Shown here one piece after another: positions 47,965 through 58,291 of a stretch of 64,000 nucleotides of DNA. Below the pieces are notes generated by a model that saw only the letters and a program-made list of their open reading frames with translations, searched no databases and was not told where the DNA came from. The translations under genes and the position numbers were made by a program. Every line of letters starts with the position of its first letter. The stretch's first letter is position 1. Source of the stretch: a bacterium UBP6_UBA1177 (GTDB taxonomy: Bacteria > UBP6 > UBA1177); NCBI GenBank assembly GCA_002310995.1, contig DBYV01000042.1:17683-81682 (forward strand). Direction: 5' to 3'.

Positions 47965-48040
47965 GCGGGCGTAACTCAGTTGGTAGAGTGTCGGCTTCCC
48001 AAGCCGGATGTCGCGGGTCCGAGTCCCGTCGCCCGCTCCA
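47965..48040 (+). tRNA. tRNA-Gly (anticodon CCC), CCA encoded
   Basis: Cloverleaf: acceptor GCGGGCG/CGCCCGC, D-stem ACTC/GAGT, anticodon stem TCGGC/GCCGG with loop TTCCCAA, T-stem GCGGG/CCCGT, discriminator U, 3' CCA. Confidence 0.85.
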
Positions 48041-48057
48041 TTTTTTAAGATGGTGCC

Positions 48058-51000
48058 GTGATGATAAAAAAATTTCTCTCATCACTTTTTTTCCTTTTTA
48101 TAGGTTTTATATTTTTAATAAGGTTTACTTTTTATCCGCTTTCATCCTTTATTTTGCAGAAACAGTTCGGGATTTTTTACGATTTTGAGGCGCCTTATCT
48201 GGCTCTTGACGGCACTTTCACGCTTAGGAACTTCGTCTTTTCGTATCAGGATTCGCTTAGTGCTAAAAGCGAATCGGTTTCTTTACGCATAGGTAAGAAG
48301 TTTTCAGGACTCTTCAAAAACCATGTCACGCTCAAATCTTTTGAAATGATAGACACTAAAGTATCCATAAATACTAAACTTTTTGTTAAGGATACTGAAA
48401 ACACTGAAGAATTCGAACTTCCAAGTAAGGTTCCGTTTTTTCCTCTCGAGGAGATAAATATAAAAAATCTTGATTTTGAAATTAGGGAAGGTGAGAAGGT
48501 TATTTTCAGCACGAAGAAAGTCTCTTTTGCCGGGAACGAACTTTACAGACTAGATATGCCCGATGTATTCATTGCTTCGAATTCGGTAATGAAAAAGGAT
48601 ATTTCTCTTGCTCTGGCTTTTTCTTTTACCGCTGAAGACAGAAATTACGCCCTCAACTATCTTGAAATCAATTCGGATATCCTTTCTATAAATGCTGAAC
48701 AGCCTCAGGACAACCAGGATCTATTCGGTGGAACTCTTGCAATGAAGCTGAATGAACTCGGAGAACTGTTCGACATAAATCTGAGCGGTGACTTTTACCT
48801 TGATTTTTCTATGGAAAATCTGGCGACATACATCCCTAGACTTATGAAAAGCAAAACTTACCAAGGATTGTCTCCTGAGCCTCAGAGTGCCGGAAAACTC
48901 AATCTCGACATTTTGAACGCGCTGCCGGAAACAGACCTTCTGATTTCGATTTCGGACCTCAATATTGAAGGTTTCAAACCTTGGGATATTCACGGAAAAA
49001 TAAAGATGACTCCGACGAAAACCTTCATTGAAAGGCTTAACTTTTTTCACAAGAACAAAGTTAACATTTCACTCGATGGCGAATTTCCGTATGCAGACAG
49101 AAATGTCAGAGGTTTCGTAAGGCTTTACGACTTTGACTTCGACAACTGTCTGCGCAGAATGACTCAGACCGGTCTTGTAAACATGATCGCTTCGGGAACG
49201 GTTTCATACCGTTTTGATATCGACAAACTTCGTGCCGAAGATATGTTTGCAGACCTTGTAGTCACAGATTTCGATGTCATGAGCAGGGAACTCCTTGATC
49301 TGCCGCGCGATGTATATGTCACAGGTCATCTGGCTATTGGAGCTGACGGAGTTGATCTCAAAGACGCTCAGGTGAAAACTGCCGACGACTCGTCACATCT
49401 CTATCTGAAAGGTTCATACTACGGTTTTGCCGATACGATGAGATTCCATATTCCGATAGTCAAAGGTTCTTACATTGATTTAGGCCGGGATATAAAGCAG
49501 ATCGCAGGGTTCAATGTCAAAGGCAAAGGACCAATCGAAGTTCTCGTCACGAATTTTTACGAAAATCCGCTTATTACGAGCAACTTCAAAGGGAAGGCAT
49601 GCCACATGGCCGGATTCAATTCCGATATGTGCAACATTGACATCAACTTGAAGGATTTTGTTTTCGATATAGTTATCAATGAGATACGACAGAAGACGAT
49701 TTCTTCGAAGGATTCAATAGTTACGATCGATTTCAACGACGATGACTTTCCCGTTTACTTCAAAATCAACAAGGCGGAAGGTAAACTTTCGGACGCTTCG
49801 GCGCTTTTCGGAGTCGACACGAATGATTTTTCCGGCACGGCGATGCTTCAGGCCGAGGGCCTGTTCAAAAACGGACTTTCCAAGCTGAGTGCACAGGCGA
49901 AAATCAAGGATTTTAGAAAAAAAGGGGAGACCGGAGAAATAAAAATAGCTGATTCGATAGAAGTCAATCTGTTTGAAAAGGATGCTGAAAATCTCGGAGC
50001 GAAAGGAGAGATTGTTTACGGCCGGAACACTATAAAAGTCGATGCTGAACTTACAAAAGCTAACCTGGACAGCAAAATGTCGGCATATTTTGATACTTTC
50101 TATCCAGAGGATTTCGATTTTTATGAAGACATCAAATTTGAAAAGCCGACTCTTGATGTCAAGCTGACAGGGCTTCTTTCCTCTCCCAACTCAAGCGGAA
50201 GGCTTGAAATACCGAAACTCGAGGTATACGGTGTAAAAACCGGCGATTTTTTTATCGAAACAAAATACACCGGTGCCGCCGGAATACTTTATGTCAACGG
50301 CGGTTTCGGAACAAATGTGGAATTTTCGGCGGAAATTCCCGATTTTGATAAAGAAAAACTCAAAGCCGATGCTTCAATAAAGAATTTTGTCTACAAGAAT
50401 GATGATCTTATCGTTAAACTTTCGCTTGATGCGGCAGTACGCGGAGAGAAAGTGAATATTGATTTTAAAGATCTTAAGGCAAAAAAAGCCGACATCTTTG
50501 TCCAAAATATAAAACCATTTGAAATTGCGGGAGATTTCACCAAACTTTCATTGACTGATAAGGCATATTTTAAAGGAGATGCACTCGATTTTTATATCGA
50601 AGGCGGGCTTGATCTTGAGAAATTTGATCCCTATCTCCATGCCGACGGAACATTTTTCGTGAAAAAGCTCGCTGCGAAGGAGACTTACCGCGCGAACAAC
50701 CTCGACGGAAAAATACTTTTCGATGTTTCCTATAAAAATTCCAATTTCAGCGGCAAATTAAATCTTGTAGATTTTGCATATATCCTGCAGGACCCGAGGA
50801 TTGTCCTGAAAAATTTCAACGGAACTCTGTTTGTCGAAAACAACAACTGGACTCTTGAAAGCCTTTCGGGAAATGCCGGAGACGGAAAACTCACGCTTAC
50901 CGGGCAGGGAAAAGGAATAAGCCCGATAGAAAACGCTTCGCTGAACATTTCTGCGGTCAATCTTACCGGCAAATACGCCCTTGCCGGTGATTTTGCTGTA

Positions 51001-51918
51001 TCGGCCAATCTCGATCTTATCGCATTTTCGGAGGATCAGTTCTCTCTGAGTGGAGACGTCGAGCTGAAAAACATTATTTACAACCAGCCGCTTTCCCTCG
51101 ACAGTGATTTCATAAAAATGATCTCAAAACTCGGCAAAAAGAAAGCAAGTTCTCAGCTTGACAAGAGCAATCCGATTGATCTTAATTTGAAAATCACAGG
51201 TAAAAATAATATAAGAATAAGGACAAATCTGATTCAGTCCGACCTTTTTCTTGACCTTGTTCTCAGCGGAACGACCCTGAAACCAGACCTTAATGGAAAC
51301 ATCGTCATAAAAAACGGAAAACTGGAATACAAACAGAACGATTTTACTGTCACCCGCGGCAATATTTCGTTTGACGGCAGCGGCATAAACCCGTATCTCG
51401 ATTTTGAATCGACGCGTAATGTTACGACAAAAATCCAGGACACGAACAAGGATTTCAGAATCACGATGACGGCTACAGGCTATCCGATAAACGGCGAACT
51501 TGACGTAACTTTCGACAGCACTCCTCAGCTTGACCAAGAGCAACTCCGCTCACTTCTGCTTTGGGGAAACATCGGAGACGAATTCTCAGGCGATTTAGCT
51601 ATCGCGGCTGCGACCGATATAATGGGAATAACAACGGAAGTACGCAAAAACTTTAAACTTTCTAAATTCGAACTTGTACCTAAATATTCAGAATATGATG
51701 AAAAAACTGTCCTTAAACTTATCGCAGAAAAGGAGATTTACAGAAATCTGTTCCTTCTTCTTGAATCAAATCCTGCTGATACGACAGACCAGATAATTGA
51801 GTTGAAATACAGAGCGAAACTCTTTGAAGGGATTCTTGGCTGGAAAAACAAGGATATGCTTGAATCGAATTACGGCGGTATCGGGTTTGACTTGAAACTG
51901 GAATATATTTTTGAATAG
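48058..51918 (+). CDS. tamB: translocation-and-assembly-module TamB-like / AsmA-family giant protein (N-terminal signal anchor, beta-rich, DUF490-like C-terminus)
   Basis: 1286 aa. Single N-terminal TM LFFLFIGFIFLI. Repetitive amphipathic beta sequence. C-terminal ...LSGTTLKPDLNGNIVIKNGKLEY...GNISFDG... pattern like DUF490. Confidence 0.55.
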   Translation: MMIKKFLSSLFFLFIGFIFLIRFTFYPLSSFILQKQFGIFYDFEAPYLALDGTFTLRNFVFSYQDSLSAKSESVSLRIGKKFSGLFKNHVTLKSFEMIDTKVSINTKLFVKDTENTEEFELPSKVPFFPLEEINIKNLDFEIREGEKVIFSTKKVSFAGNELYRLDMPDVFIASNSVMKKDISLALAFSFTAEDRNYALNYLEINSDILSINAEQPQDNQDLFGGTLAMKLNELGELFDINLSGDFYLDFSMENLATYIPRLMKSKTYQGLSPEPQSAGKLNLDILNALPETDLLISISDLNIEGFKPWDIHGKIKMTPTKTFIERLNFFHKNKVNISLDGEFPYADRNVRGFVRLYDFDFDNCLRRMTQTGLVNMIASGTVSYRFDIDKLRAEDMFADLVVTDFDVMSRELLDLPRDVYVTGHLAIGADGVDLKDAQVKTADDSSHLYLKGSYYGFADTMRFHIPIVKGSYIDLGRDIKQIAGFNVKGKGPIEVLVTNFYENPLITSNFKGKACHMAGFNSDMCNIDINLKDFVFDIVINEIRQKTISSKDSIVTIDFNDDDFPVYFKINKAEGKLSDASALFGVDTNDFSGTAMLQAEGLFKNGLSKLSAQAKIKDFRKKGETGEIKIADSIEVNLFEKDAENLGAKGEIVYGRNTIKVDAELTKANLDSKMSAYFDTFYPEDFDFYEDIKFEKPTLDVKLTGLLSSPNSSGRLEIPKLEVYGVKTGDFFIETKYTGAAGILYVNGGFGTNVEFSAEIPDFDKEKLKADASIKNFVYKNDDLIVKLSLDAAVRGEKVNIDFKDLKAKKADIFVQNIKPFEIAGDFTKLSLTDKAYFKGDALDFYIEGGLDLEKFDPYLHADGTFFVKKLAAKETYRANNLDGKILFDVSYKNSNFSGKLNLVDFAYILQDPRIVLKNFNGTLFVENNNWTLESLSGNAGDGKLTLTGQGKGISPIENASLNISAVNLTGKYALAGDFAVSANLDLIAFSEDQFSLSGDVELKNIIYNQPLSLDSDFIKMISKLGKKKASSQLDKSNPIDLNLKITGKNNIRIRTNLIQSDLFLDLVLSGTTLKPDLNGNIVIKNGKLEYKQNDFTVTRGNISFDGSGINPYLDFESTRNVTTKIQDTNKDFRITMTATGYPINGELDVTFDSTPQLDQEQLRSLLLWGNIGDEFSGDLAIAAATDIMGITTEVRKNFKLSKFELVPKYSEYDEKTVLKLIAEKEIYRNLFLLLESNPADTTDQIIELKYRAKLFEGILGWKNKDMLESNYGGIGFDLKLEYIFE

Positions 51919-51925
51919 GTGAGAT

Positions 51926-52855
51926 ATGACTTTACTTACTGAAATGTCCGAAGAAACTCTCGACAGCCTTATTGAAAGAGCTGACGAATTGTTTAAAGAA
52001 GGAAAATGCTGCCCGATAAAGTGCGGAGGAAGAAACCCTCGTTTCTGCGGAGCAGTAGAGGATGGGATCAAGGTCGCAAGTTTTGCTGTCCATGACGGAG
52101 AAGAGCCCCCAGTAAGCGGTTGGAACGGTGCCGGTAACGTCTTTTTTTCGGGTTGCAGCGCAAAGTGTGTTTTCTGCCAGAACTGGCCTATCAGCCAGGA
52201 AAACAACGGCGGAATCTATTCGATAGACGAGTTTGCTTCCCATATAATCAAATTATTGGCCAAAAAAGTGCACAATATCAATCTTGTAACGAGCGATCAT
52301 TATCTCGGAAAAGTGCTTCGTGCATTCAAAAAAATCAGAAACGAAATCAAAGTTCCGATAGTTTACAACTGCAACGGCGCGCAGACAGAAGAGCTTTTTA
52401 AAATAATCCTGCAGATAAGTGATATCTTTCTTTTTGATGTGAAATATGTTACAAATGAACCGGCGAAAGAACTCTGCGCGATAAAACATTATGCCGATGT
52501 TGTACTCAGGTGTTTGGATATGCTCCTTGAAAAAAATATCCCGTGGGTCGAAAACGATCTCGGAATTTTGCAGAAAGGGCTCATAATAAGACATCTTGTG
52601 CTGCCGAACTATATTGAAAACTCGTTGGAAACACTTAGAGTGTTAAATGATTACAGAGAAAAAGGGCTTGACTTCAAAATAGCGCTAATGAGCCAGTATT
52701 TCCCCGCTTATAAAGCTCTTGACAACCCGAAACTCAATCGTCAGCTGCACAAAGATGAGTATGCACAAGTGGCTGAACTTGCTGACGAATTTGGCTTTGA
52801 TGGATGGATACAGGATCTTGAAGAGGAAGTAAATGACGAAACAACGCAGGATTGA
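51926..52855 (+). CDS. radical SAM protein, PflX-like (pyruvate-formate-lyase-activase homolog family)
   Basis: CSAKCVFCQN CxxxCxxC cluster, plus an N-terminal extra Cys cluster CCPIKCGG...FCG. Confidence 0.6.
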   Translation: MTLLTEMSEETLDSLIERADELFKEGKCCPIKCGGRNPRFCGAVEDGIKVASFAVHDGEEPPVSGWNGAGNVFFSGCSAKCVFCQNWPISQENNGGIYSIDEFASHIIKLLAKKVHNINLVTSDHYLGKVLRAFKKIRNEIKVPIVYNCNGAQTEELFKIILQISDIFLFDVKYVTNEPAKELCAIKHYADVVLRCLDMLLEKNIPWVENDLGILQKGLIIRHLVLPNYIENSLETLRVLNDYREKGLDFKIALMSQYFPAYKALDNPKLNRQLHKDEYAQVAELADEFGFDGWIQDLEEEVNDETTQD

Positions 52856-53102
52856 AATTCCGTGTACTGAGGAACAGTACAGAAAAATTGTGGAAAAAGC
52901 GGATGATCTGGGCATGGAACCTGATGAATTTGCCCTTTTCACAATGCTTAACAGCCAGATCAAGGTAGTGATAGGGCAGGACCCGCTTTTAGCCAAAATA
53001 GAGAGGGCGGTAATGCTTCTTGAAAACGGCAAGATCGACGAGAAAGAGTTTGAAATCATTAAGGAAAGGCTTTTTTCTGAAATAAGGGATGAGAAAAATT
53101 AA
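52833..53102 (+). CDS. small ribbon-helix-helix-like protein (89 aa)
   Basis: RIEIPCTEEQYRKIVEKADDLGMEPDEFALFTM resembles the RHH/MobC-type beta-alpha-alpha pattern. Overlaps neighbours at both ends. Confidence 0.4.
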   Translation: MTKQRRIEIPCTEEQYRKIVEKADDLGMEPDEFALFTMLNSQIKVVIGQDPLLAKIERAVMLLENGKIDEKEFEIIKERLFSEIRDEKN

Positions 53103-54516
53103 ATTTATTGTTTTCGCACTTCTGGCACTTATTTTTTCATCGGTTTCAGCATTTGAAAAAGATGTGTTCTGCGAGCCTTCGCTTATTGTCCCCGAAATCT
53201 TTCCGCTAGAATCCTATGCGACTTTCTCATACACGGTAGCAGATTTTCTCTACGAAGACGCCGAAGCACTTTCTGTATATCTCAATTCTGTAATTTTTTC
53301 GCAGGAACAGCTTCCTGTGCGCTATCTTTATTACCTGAGAACACGCCAGTTTATGCCAGCGCTGGCTCTGATGATGACAATGTTGAACCTCAATGCCTAT
53401 CCATCATCTTTTCCGAATCCTTACGACGAGTTTTTCAATCTTTTGCAGATGGCAGCGAACGACATAAACGAACACGCTTCTGGAACAGACACTTTTTCTT
53501 TCGACAATCCCGATATTTCAGGCGAGAACGAGAGGTATGTGAGATCGCTTCTTACAAACGGTGACAGCGAGCCGCTAACTATAGAAGATCTTTCTGGAAA
53601 ACTGACGGCAGAGCTTGTGCTCAATTTTGCGGCGGTAAACATGCGCAACAAAAGGCTGGGACGTGAAAACAGGATAACGCCAAAAACAGTTTTTTTCATT
53701 CTTGCATCGTCCTTTAAAGCTATTCTCTCTGGAATCGAAAAAGGTGTCAGTCTTGACAGTGACCCTTTTTTTAAGGAACTTTTCAACCGTTTTGTCGCGA
53801 TGAACAGGGACGAAAAGGAGATACTTAGTTCTTTTGTCTATAATTTTGTCGAAAAAATCTACGGCTCTGACAGCGAACCGGGGCTTTACCGCTATATTCT
53901 GTTGAGACAATTCGGAATGATAGAAAACGCCGCTGGAAGCTGGCTCAGTTTTAAGGATGTCAAACTTGCTGTGGAATGGATTGATTTTGTAAAAAAGCAG
54001 AATGATATCAGGAAATTTTCCTCATTTTTGGTTAAAAACGAAGAGGCCTGCGCCTACATCGCGGAGAAAACCGACTGGGTTTTCGGGATGAAGCACCTGA
54101 GCAACGAAAGCAAAAAAGAGATCGCGCATTCTTTGAAACTTGCAGGAATGATAGAGCAGTGCGGTGATCTTGACTACATCGGGCTTGTTGAAAAGAGTAC
54201 GGAAGACAAGCCTGATCCGGAGTGGGCGCGTTACGCCGCTTATGCATTGAAAACGGTGACTGAAGGGGATTTGAGTGAAGATGAAGCGGTGAAAATTCTC
54301 AGAAAAGGGCTCGTTGCAGCGATTTTTTCGATAAAACCTGAAACCGAGGCTGACAAGGATATGCTCGAAATAATGCTTTTCATCTATCGCCATAAAGAGT
54401 GTGATGAAATACTTAAAGTGATGTTTCTCAAACAGATAAGCCACGGAAATATCGACAAAAATACAGATTCTTATCAAAAAGCCGCTGAAATTCTTGATGA
54501 TTTTCTTTTTTATTAG
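53089..54516 (+). CDS. secreted alpha-helical hypothetical protein (475 aa)
   Basis: Signal peptide FIVFALLALIFSSVSAFE. No recognisable motif. Confidence 0.5.
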   Translation: MRKIKFIVFALLALIFSSVSAFEKDVFCEPSLIVPEIFPLESYATFSYTVADFLYEDAEALSVYLNSVIFSQEQLPVRYLYYLRTRQFMPALALMMTMLNLNAYPSSFPNPYDEFFNLLQMAANDINEHASGTDTFSFDNPDISGENERYVRSLLTNGDSEPLTIEDLSGKLTAELVLNFAAVNMRNKRLGRENRITPKTVFFILASSFKAILSGIEKGVSLDSDPFFKELFNRFVAMNRDEKEILSSFVYNFVEKIYGSDSEPGLYRYILLRQFGMIENAAGSWLSFKDVKLAVEWIDFVKKQNDIRKFSSFLVKNEEACAYIAEKTDWVFGMKHLSNESKKEIAHSLKLAGMIEQCGDLDYIGLVEKSTEDKPDPEWARYAAYALKTVTEGDLSEDEAVKILRKGLVAAIFSIKPETEADKDMLEIMLFIYRHKECDEILKVMFLKQISHGNIDKNTDSYQKAAEILDDFLFY

Positions 54517-54522
54517 GTTAAA

Positions 54523-55455
54523 ATGAATAAAAGCGATTCCAAACTTCTGAGAAGATATATGAACCATATCAAACTTGAAAAAAGATTGGCGCTGAACAGT
54601 GTTGAAGCCTACGAGCGCGATCTTACCGATTTTCTTGAATATCTGGATTCGCGCGGACTTTGTCTCACTCAGGCCGATTCGGTAAATATCAGCGAATACA
54701 TCATCCATCTTTCGAAAGACAAGGATTTCAGCGACCGTTCTTTGGCACGCGCAATTTCAAGCCTTCGCGGATTTCTCAAGTTTTTGCTTGAAGACAACTT
54801 CATCATCCCTGAAATGCTTGAGATCTTAGAACCTGTAAAACTCAAAAAATCGCTTCCGGTCTTCCTCACTTACGACGAGCTTCAGCGCCTTTTTTCGGTC
54901 GTAGACACTTCTACACCTTCAGGATTCCGCGACAGAACGATGCTTGAAATGTTTTATTCGTCAGGGCTTCGTGTTTCGGAACTGGTTGATCTGAAAATCA
55001 GCAATATCTACCGCCAGAGACAGCTTCTGCGCGTTTTCGGAAAAGGAAGCAAAGAGCGAATCGTTCCATACAGCGACGATGCCGCGAGATATCTGCATGA
55101 ATACATCGACAAAATGCGTTACCAGCTTATGAAAAAAGGGGATTTCAACGAGTATGTCTTCCTGAACAACCGCGGTGGAAAGCTGACCAGGCAGGGGATC
55201 TGGAAAAAGCTAAAGGAATTCGCGGTGATGGCTGGGATCACCAAGGACATTTCGCCCCACAAACTGCGCCACACATTTGCGACGCATCTGCTTGAAGGAG
55301 GTGCCGATCTCAGAAGTGTCCAGATGCTTCTGGGACATTCGAGCATCAACACGACCGAGATCTATACCCATGTCGAGCAGGAAGCGATACATAGGGAATT
55401 CGATAAAAAACATCCGCGCGAAAACATAGATTTTGAGGAAAAAGACGATGAGTAG
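54523..55455 (+). CDS. xerD: tyrosine site-specific recombinase XerD/XerC
   Basis: C-terminal catalytic region ...HKLRHTFATHLLEGGADLRSVQMLLGHSSINTTEIYTHV with R..HxxR..Y. Confidence 0.8.
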   Translation: MNKSDSKLLRRYMNHIKLEKRLALNSVEAYERDLTDFLEYLDSRGLCLTQADSVNISEYIIHLSKDKDFSDRSLARAISSLRGFLKFLLEDNFIIPEMLEILEPVKLKKSLPVFLTYDELQRLFSVVDTSTPSGFRDRTMLEMFYSSGLRVSELVDLKISNIYRQRQLLRVFGKGSKERIVPYSDDAARYLHEYIDKMRYQLMKKGDFNEYVFLNNRGGKLTRQGIWKKLKEFAVMAGITKDISPHKLRHTFATHLLEGGADLRSVQMLLGHSSINTTEIYTHVEQEAIHREFDKKHPRENIDFEEKDDE

Positions 55456-56140
55456 AAAAGTTTACGCCGTGATTTTGGCTTCGGGAAAAGGGGAGCGGAT
55501 GAACTGCGGCTTCCCGAAACAATTCATTGAAATTGCAGGGAAAACCATAGTCGGGCGCAGCATCGAAGCGTTTGAAAAAAACAGCGGGATCGATGAGATA
55601 ATCGTGGTTTCCGAGCCCGCGTGCATAGAAAAAATCGCTGAAATCGTTAAAAACTCAGGCTTCAAGAAAGTGACAAAAATCGTTCCAGGAGGCGCGGTCA
55701 GGGCTGAAAGTTCATCGATCGGAGTAGGGGAAATCGCCGAAAACGATGCAAAAATTCTTATTCACGATGCGGCGAGACCATTTGTGAGCCAGGGAATAAT
55801 CGACGACTGCATTTCAGCTCTTGATTCATCCGATGCCGTCCACACCGCGATCAAAGCGACCGACACCATAATCGAAGCTGAAAACGGCAAAATGGCGGCA
55901 ACTACCGACAGAAGCAGAATGATGCAGGTGCAGACTCCGCAGGGATTCAGGGCGAGCGTCATAAAAAAAGCCCATGCAAACGCCAAAAAAGACGGCTTCG
56001 CAGGGGCGACTGACGACTGCGGGATCGTTTTCAAATACGGCCTTGCCGACATCAGCATCGTCGAAGGAGAGCGGACAAACATCAAAATAACTTACCCCGA
56101 AGATATAGCTCTCGCCGGAATAATCGCGGGAAAGGGGTAA
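55448..56140 (+). CDS. ispD: 2-C-methyl-D-erythritol 4-phosphate cytidylyltransferase
   Basis: VYAVILASGKGERM...PKQFIEIAGK N-terminal signature. ATG overlaps the xerD stop. Confidence 0.85.
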   Translation: MSRKVYAVILASGKGERMNCGFPKQFIEIAGKTIVGRSIEAFEKNSGIDEIIVVSEPACIEKIAEIVKNSGFKKVTKIVPGGAVRAESSSIGVGEIAENDAKILIHDAARPFVSQGIIDDCISALDSSDAVHTAIKATDTIIEAENGKMAATTDRSRMMQVQTPQGFRASVIKKAHANAKKDGFAGATDDCGIVFKYGLADISIVEGERTNIKITYPEDIALAGIIAGKG

Positions 56141-56155
56141 TCGAGAGGTGAGATC

Positions 56156-56995
56156 ATGGAATTCGCTAAAATAGGGACTGAACAGATAATTCTCCTTACA
56201 TCGCAAACGATTCTCATGATACTTTTACCGCTTGTGATCGCGACTGCCTGGACAATAAGAAAAAAGGAGAAATTCTCGACAGTTATCATCGGTGCGGTGA
56301 CCTTCCTTCTGTTTGCGCTTGTTCTGGAAAAACCGATCCAGAATCTGCTGCTCTTTCCTGATGCAATGGGGCTCACGCAGCATGCCGCAAGCCGCTTTAT
56401 AAACGCGCATCCGGTCTTGCTGGCTTTTATGGCTGGACTTTTCCCCGGACTTTTTGAAGAGACCGGGCGGCTTATTGCATTCAAAACGGTACTCAAAAAC
56501 AGAAAGAATAAGGAAACGGCCGTTTCTTACGGAATAGGTCACGGCTGTTTTGAAGTCATGCTTATCGTCGGAGCGACCTCCGTTACATATCTTGTTTATG
56601 CCTTTATGATCAATAGCGGAACATTTGGAACAGTGGTCAGTCAGGTCATGTCAAAGGCACCGGAGAAGGTTGATGCGCTCTATAAACTGGCTGAACAGCT
56701 TGCGGCATTTTCCGTCGCGAATCTCGGAATGAGTGTAGCGGAACGTGTTTTTGCCGTAATGTTCCATATCGGAGCTTCGATAATTGTCTTCTATGCCTGC
56801 CGGGAGAAGAATAAACTTTTGTTATATCCGCTTGCGATACTGCTGCATACGGTGATGGATTTTATTGCCGCTCTGGCTGTGTTCAAGGTTTTCACTCTCT
56901 CCGACATTGCCCTTGAGGGGATCATCGGCGCAACGGCAGTGCTCACATTCTGCGGAGCATACTTTCTGCTTTACAGGAAGGAAGAAAAATTTTAA
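56156..56995 (+). CDS. CPBP-family intramembrane glutamic endopeptidase (YhfC-like)
   Basis: Motif 1 FEETGR (EExxxR), motif 2 AVMFHIGAS (FxxxH), motif 3 LLHTVMD (HxxxD) within 6 to 7 TM helices. Confidence 0.65.
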   Translation: MEFAKIGTEQIILLTSQTILMILLPLVIATAWTIRKKEKFSTVIIGAVTFLLFALVLEKPIQNLLLFPDAMGLTQHAASRFINAHPVLLAFMAGLFPGLFEETGRLIAFKTVLKNRKNKETAVSYGIGHGCFEVMLIVGATSVTYLVYAFMINSGTFGTVVSQVMSKAPEKVDALYKLAEQLAAFSVANLGMSVAERVFAVMFHIGASIIVFYACREKNKLLLYPLAILLHTVMDFIAALAVFKVFTLSDIALEGIIGATAVLTFCGAYFLLYRKEEKF

Positions 56996-57093
56996 TTTAA
57001 GCAAAAGATATTTTGCAAATACAAATCGAAATACGTTATAAATATTTGATTTAAAATTATTATATCATAAAATATTGGGCGATTGATTGTCCT

Positions 57094-58104
57094 TTGGAGT
57101 CGAACTTGATTGCTAAAAATGAATTGGATTTATTTGAACCGATAGACAAAAACAAAGTAAAAACACAGATTTACGAAATCCGTGGAATGCGTGTCATGCT
57201 TGATAAAGATATTGCGGCATATTTCGGAGTGGATACCGGTGCCATGAACAGAGCAATGAAGCGTAATATCAAGCGATTTCCAGAGGAATTCTGCTTCCAG
57301 ATTACGAGAGACGAATATCACGAAATTCTAAGATGCCAAACTGGCATCTTAGAATTGGAGCAGGGCAAATATTCCAAATATCTGCCATATGTTTATACAG
57401 AACACGGAGTTTCGATGCTGACTTCGGTTCTTCACACAGACAGAGCCATTGAAGCGGGCATAATAATTGTAAAAGTTTTTGTCGAAGTCGCGCACTATAT
57501 CCGGCAGAACACACCGCTGATTCCTTACGAAGAGCTAAAACTCCTCCAACACAAGCAGGAACAAATCTCTGAAAGAGTCCAGAATGTCGAAGCAAACATG
57601 GTTTCAAAAGACGAACTATCCGATTTTATGAAGCTTTTCGATACCGGAATCGACAGCGAAGAAATCCTGATTCTTGACGGAGAGCCTTTCAAAGCCGATC
57701 TCGCATACCAGAAAATATATGAAAAAGCGGAAAAAAGCGTCATCGTGATTGACGACTACATCGGATTGAAGACTTTACGTCATCTTGCACACACGAAAAA
57801 CGGCGTTCAGATAACGATTATCAGCGACAACAAAGGAAAATCACCTCTCAAACTTTCGGAATACAACGATTTTCAGAGCGAATATCCCGATGTCAAAATC
57901 AAATTCATTGCTTCGTCAAACAGAATCCACGACCGTTACATCGCCGTTGATTTCGGCAGAAAAACCGAAAAACTTTATCACTGCGGAGCAAGCAGCAAGG
58001 ATGCTGGTCGCAGAATCACTACAATTACCGAAATCAAAGGAGTTGCCGACTATAAAACGACTTTGGAATCTCTGCTTTTGAACAAAGAACTTGTGTTGTC
58101 GTAG
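57094..58104 (+). CDS. ORF6N-domain (KilA-N-like, phage anti-repressor-type) protein with C-terminal domain carrying an HxR-x4-D...GxSS motif; TTG start
   Basis: IYEIRGMRVMLDKDIAAYFGV...NRAMKRNIKRFPEEFCFQIT is a textbook ORF6N N-terminus. C-terminal IHDRYIAVD-x11-GASS. Confidence 0.65.
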   Translation: MESNLIAKNELDLFEPIDKNKVKTQIYEIRGMRVMLDKDIAAYFGVDTGAMNRAMKRNIKRFPEEFCFQITRDEYHEILRCQTGILELEQGKYSKYLPYVYTEHGVSMLTSVLHTDRAIEAGIIIVKVFVEVAHYIRQNTPLIPYEELKLLQHKQEQISERVQNVEANMVSKDELSDFMKLFDTGIDSEEILILDGEPFKADLAYQKIYEKAEKSVIVIDDYIGLKTLRHLAHTKNGVQITIISDNKGKSPLKLSEYNDFQSEYPDVKIKFIASSNRIHDRYIAVDFGRKTEKLYHCGASSKDAGRRITTITEIKGVADYKTTLESLLLNKELVLS

Positions 58105-58190
58105 GCATTTTTACCACCTCCTGCTAGCAAAAAACCACAAAAATTCATGTAAAAATTTCCAAATAAAATCAAATAGTTATCAACTTTTTC

Positions 58191-58198
58191 GGGGGGGG
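58191..58198 (+). repeat. G8 homopolymeric tract 94 bp upstream of the lipoprotein start codon
   Basis: caactttttcGGGGGGGGtaaaat; only long G/C homopolymer in the window. Confidence 0.9.
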
Positions 58199-58291
58199 TA
58201 AAATTTTCTCAATAAAAATCGGATTTTGTGGAACTAAATATATGTGTTTTTTGGCGAGTGCCGTATGTTTTTTAACTTTATGGAGGTTGTT

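Noticed and set aside
54523-58104. Intact prophage or integrative element nucleated by xerD and the ORF6N gene
   Set aside because: xerD has the hallmarks of the chromosomal dimer-resolution recombinase and is translationally coupled to ispD. No capsid, terminase or tail genes are present, and only decayed phage-related fragments occur.
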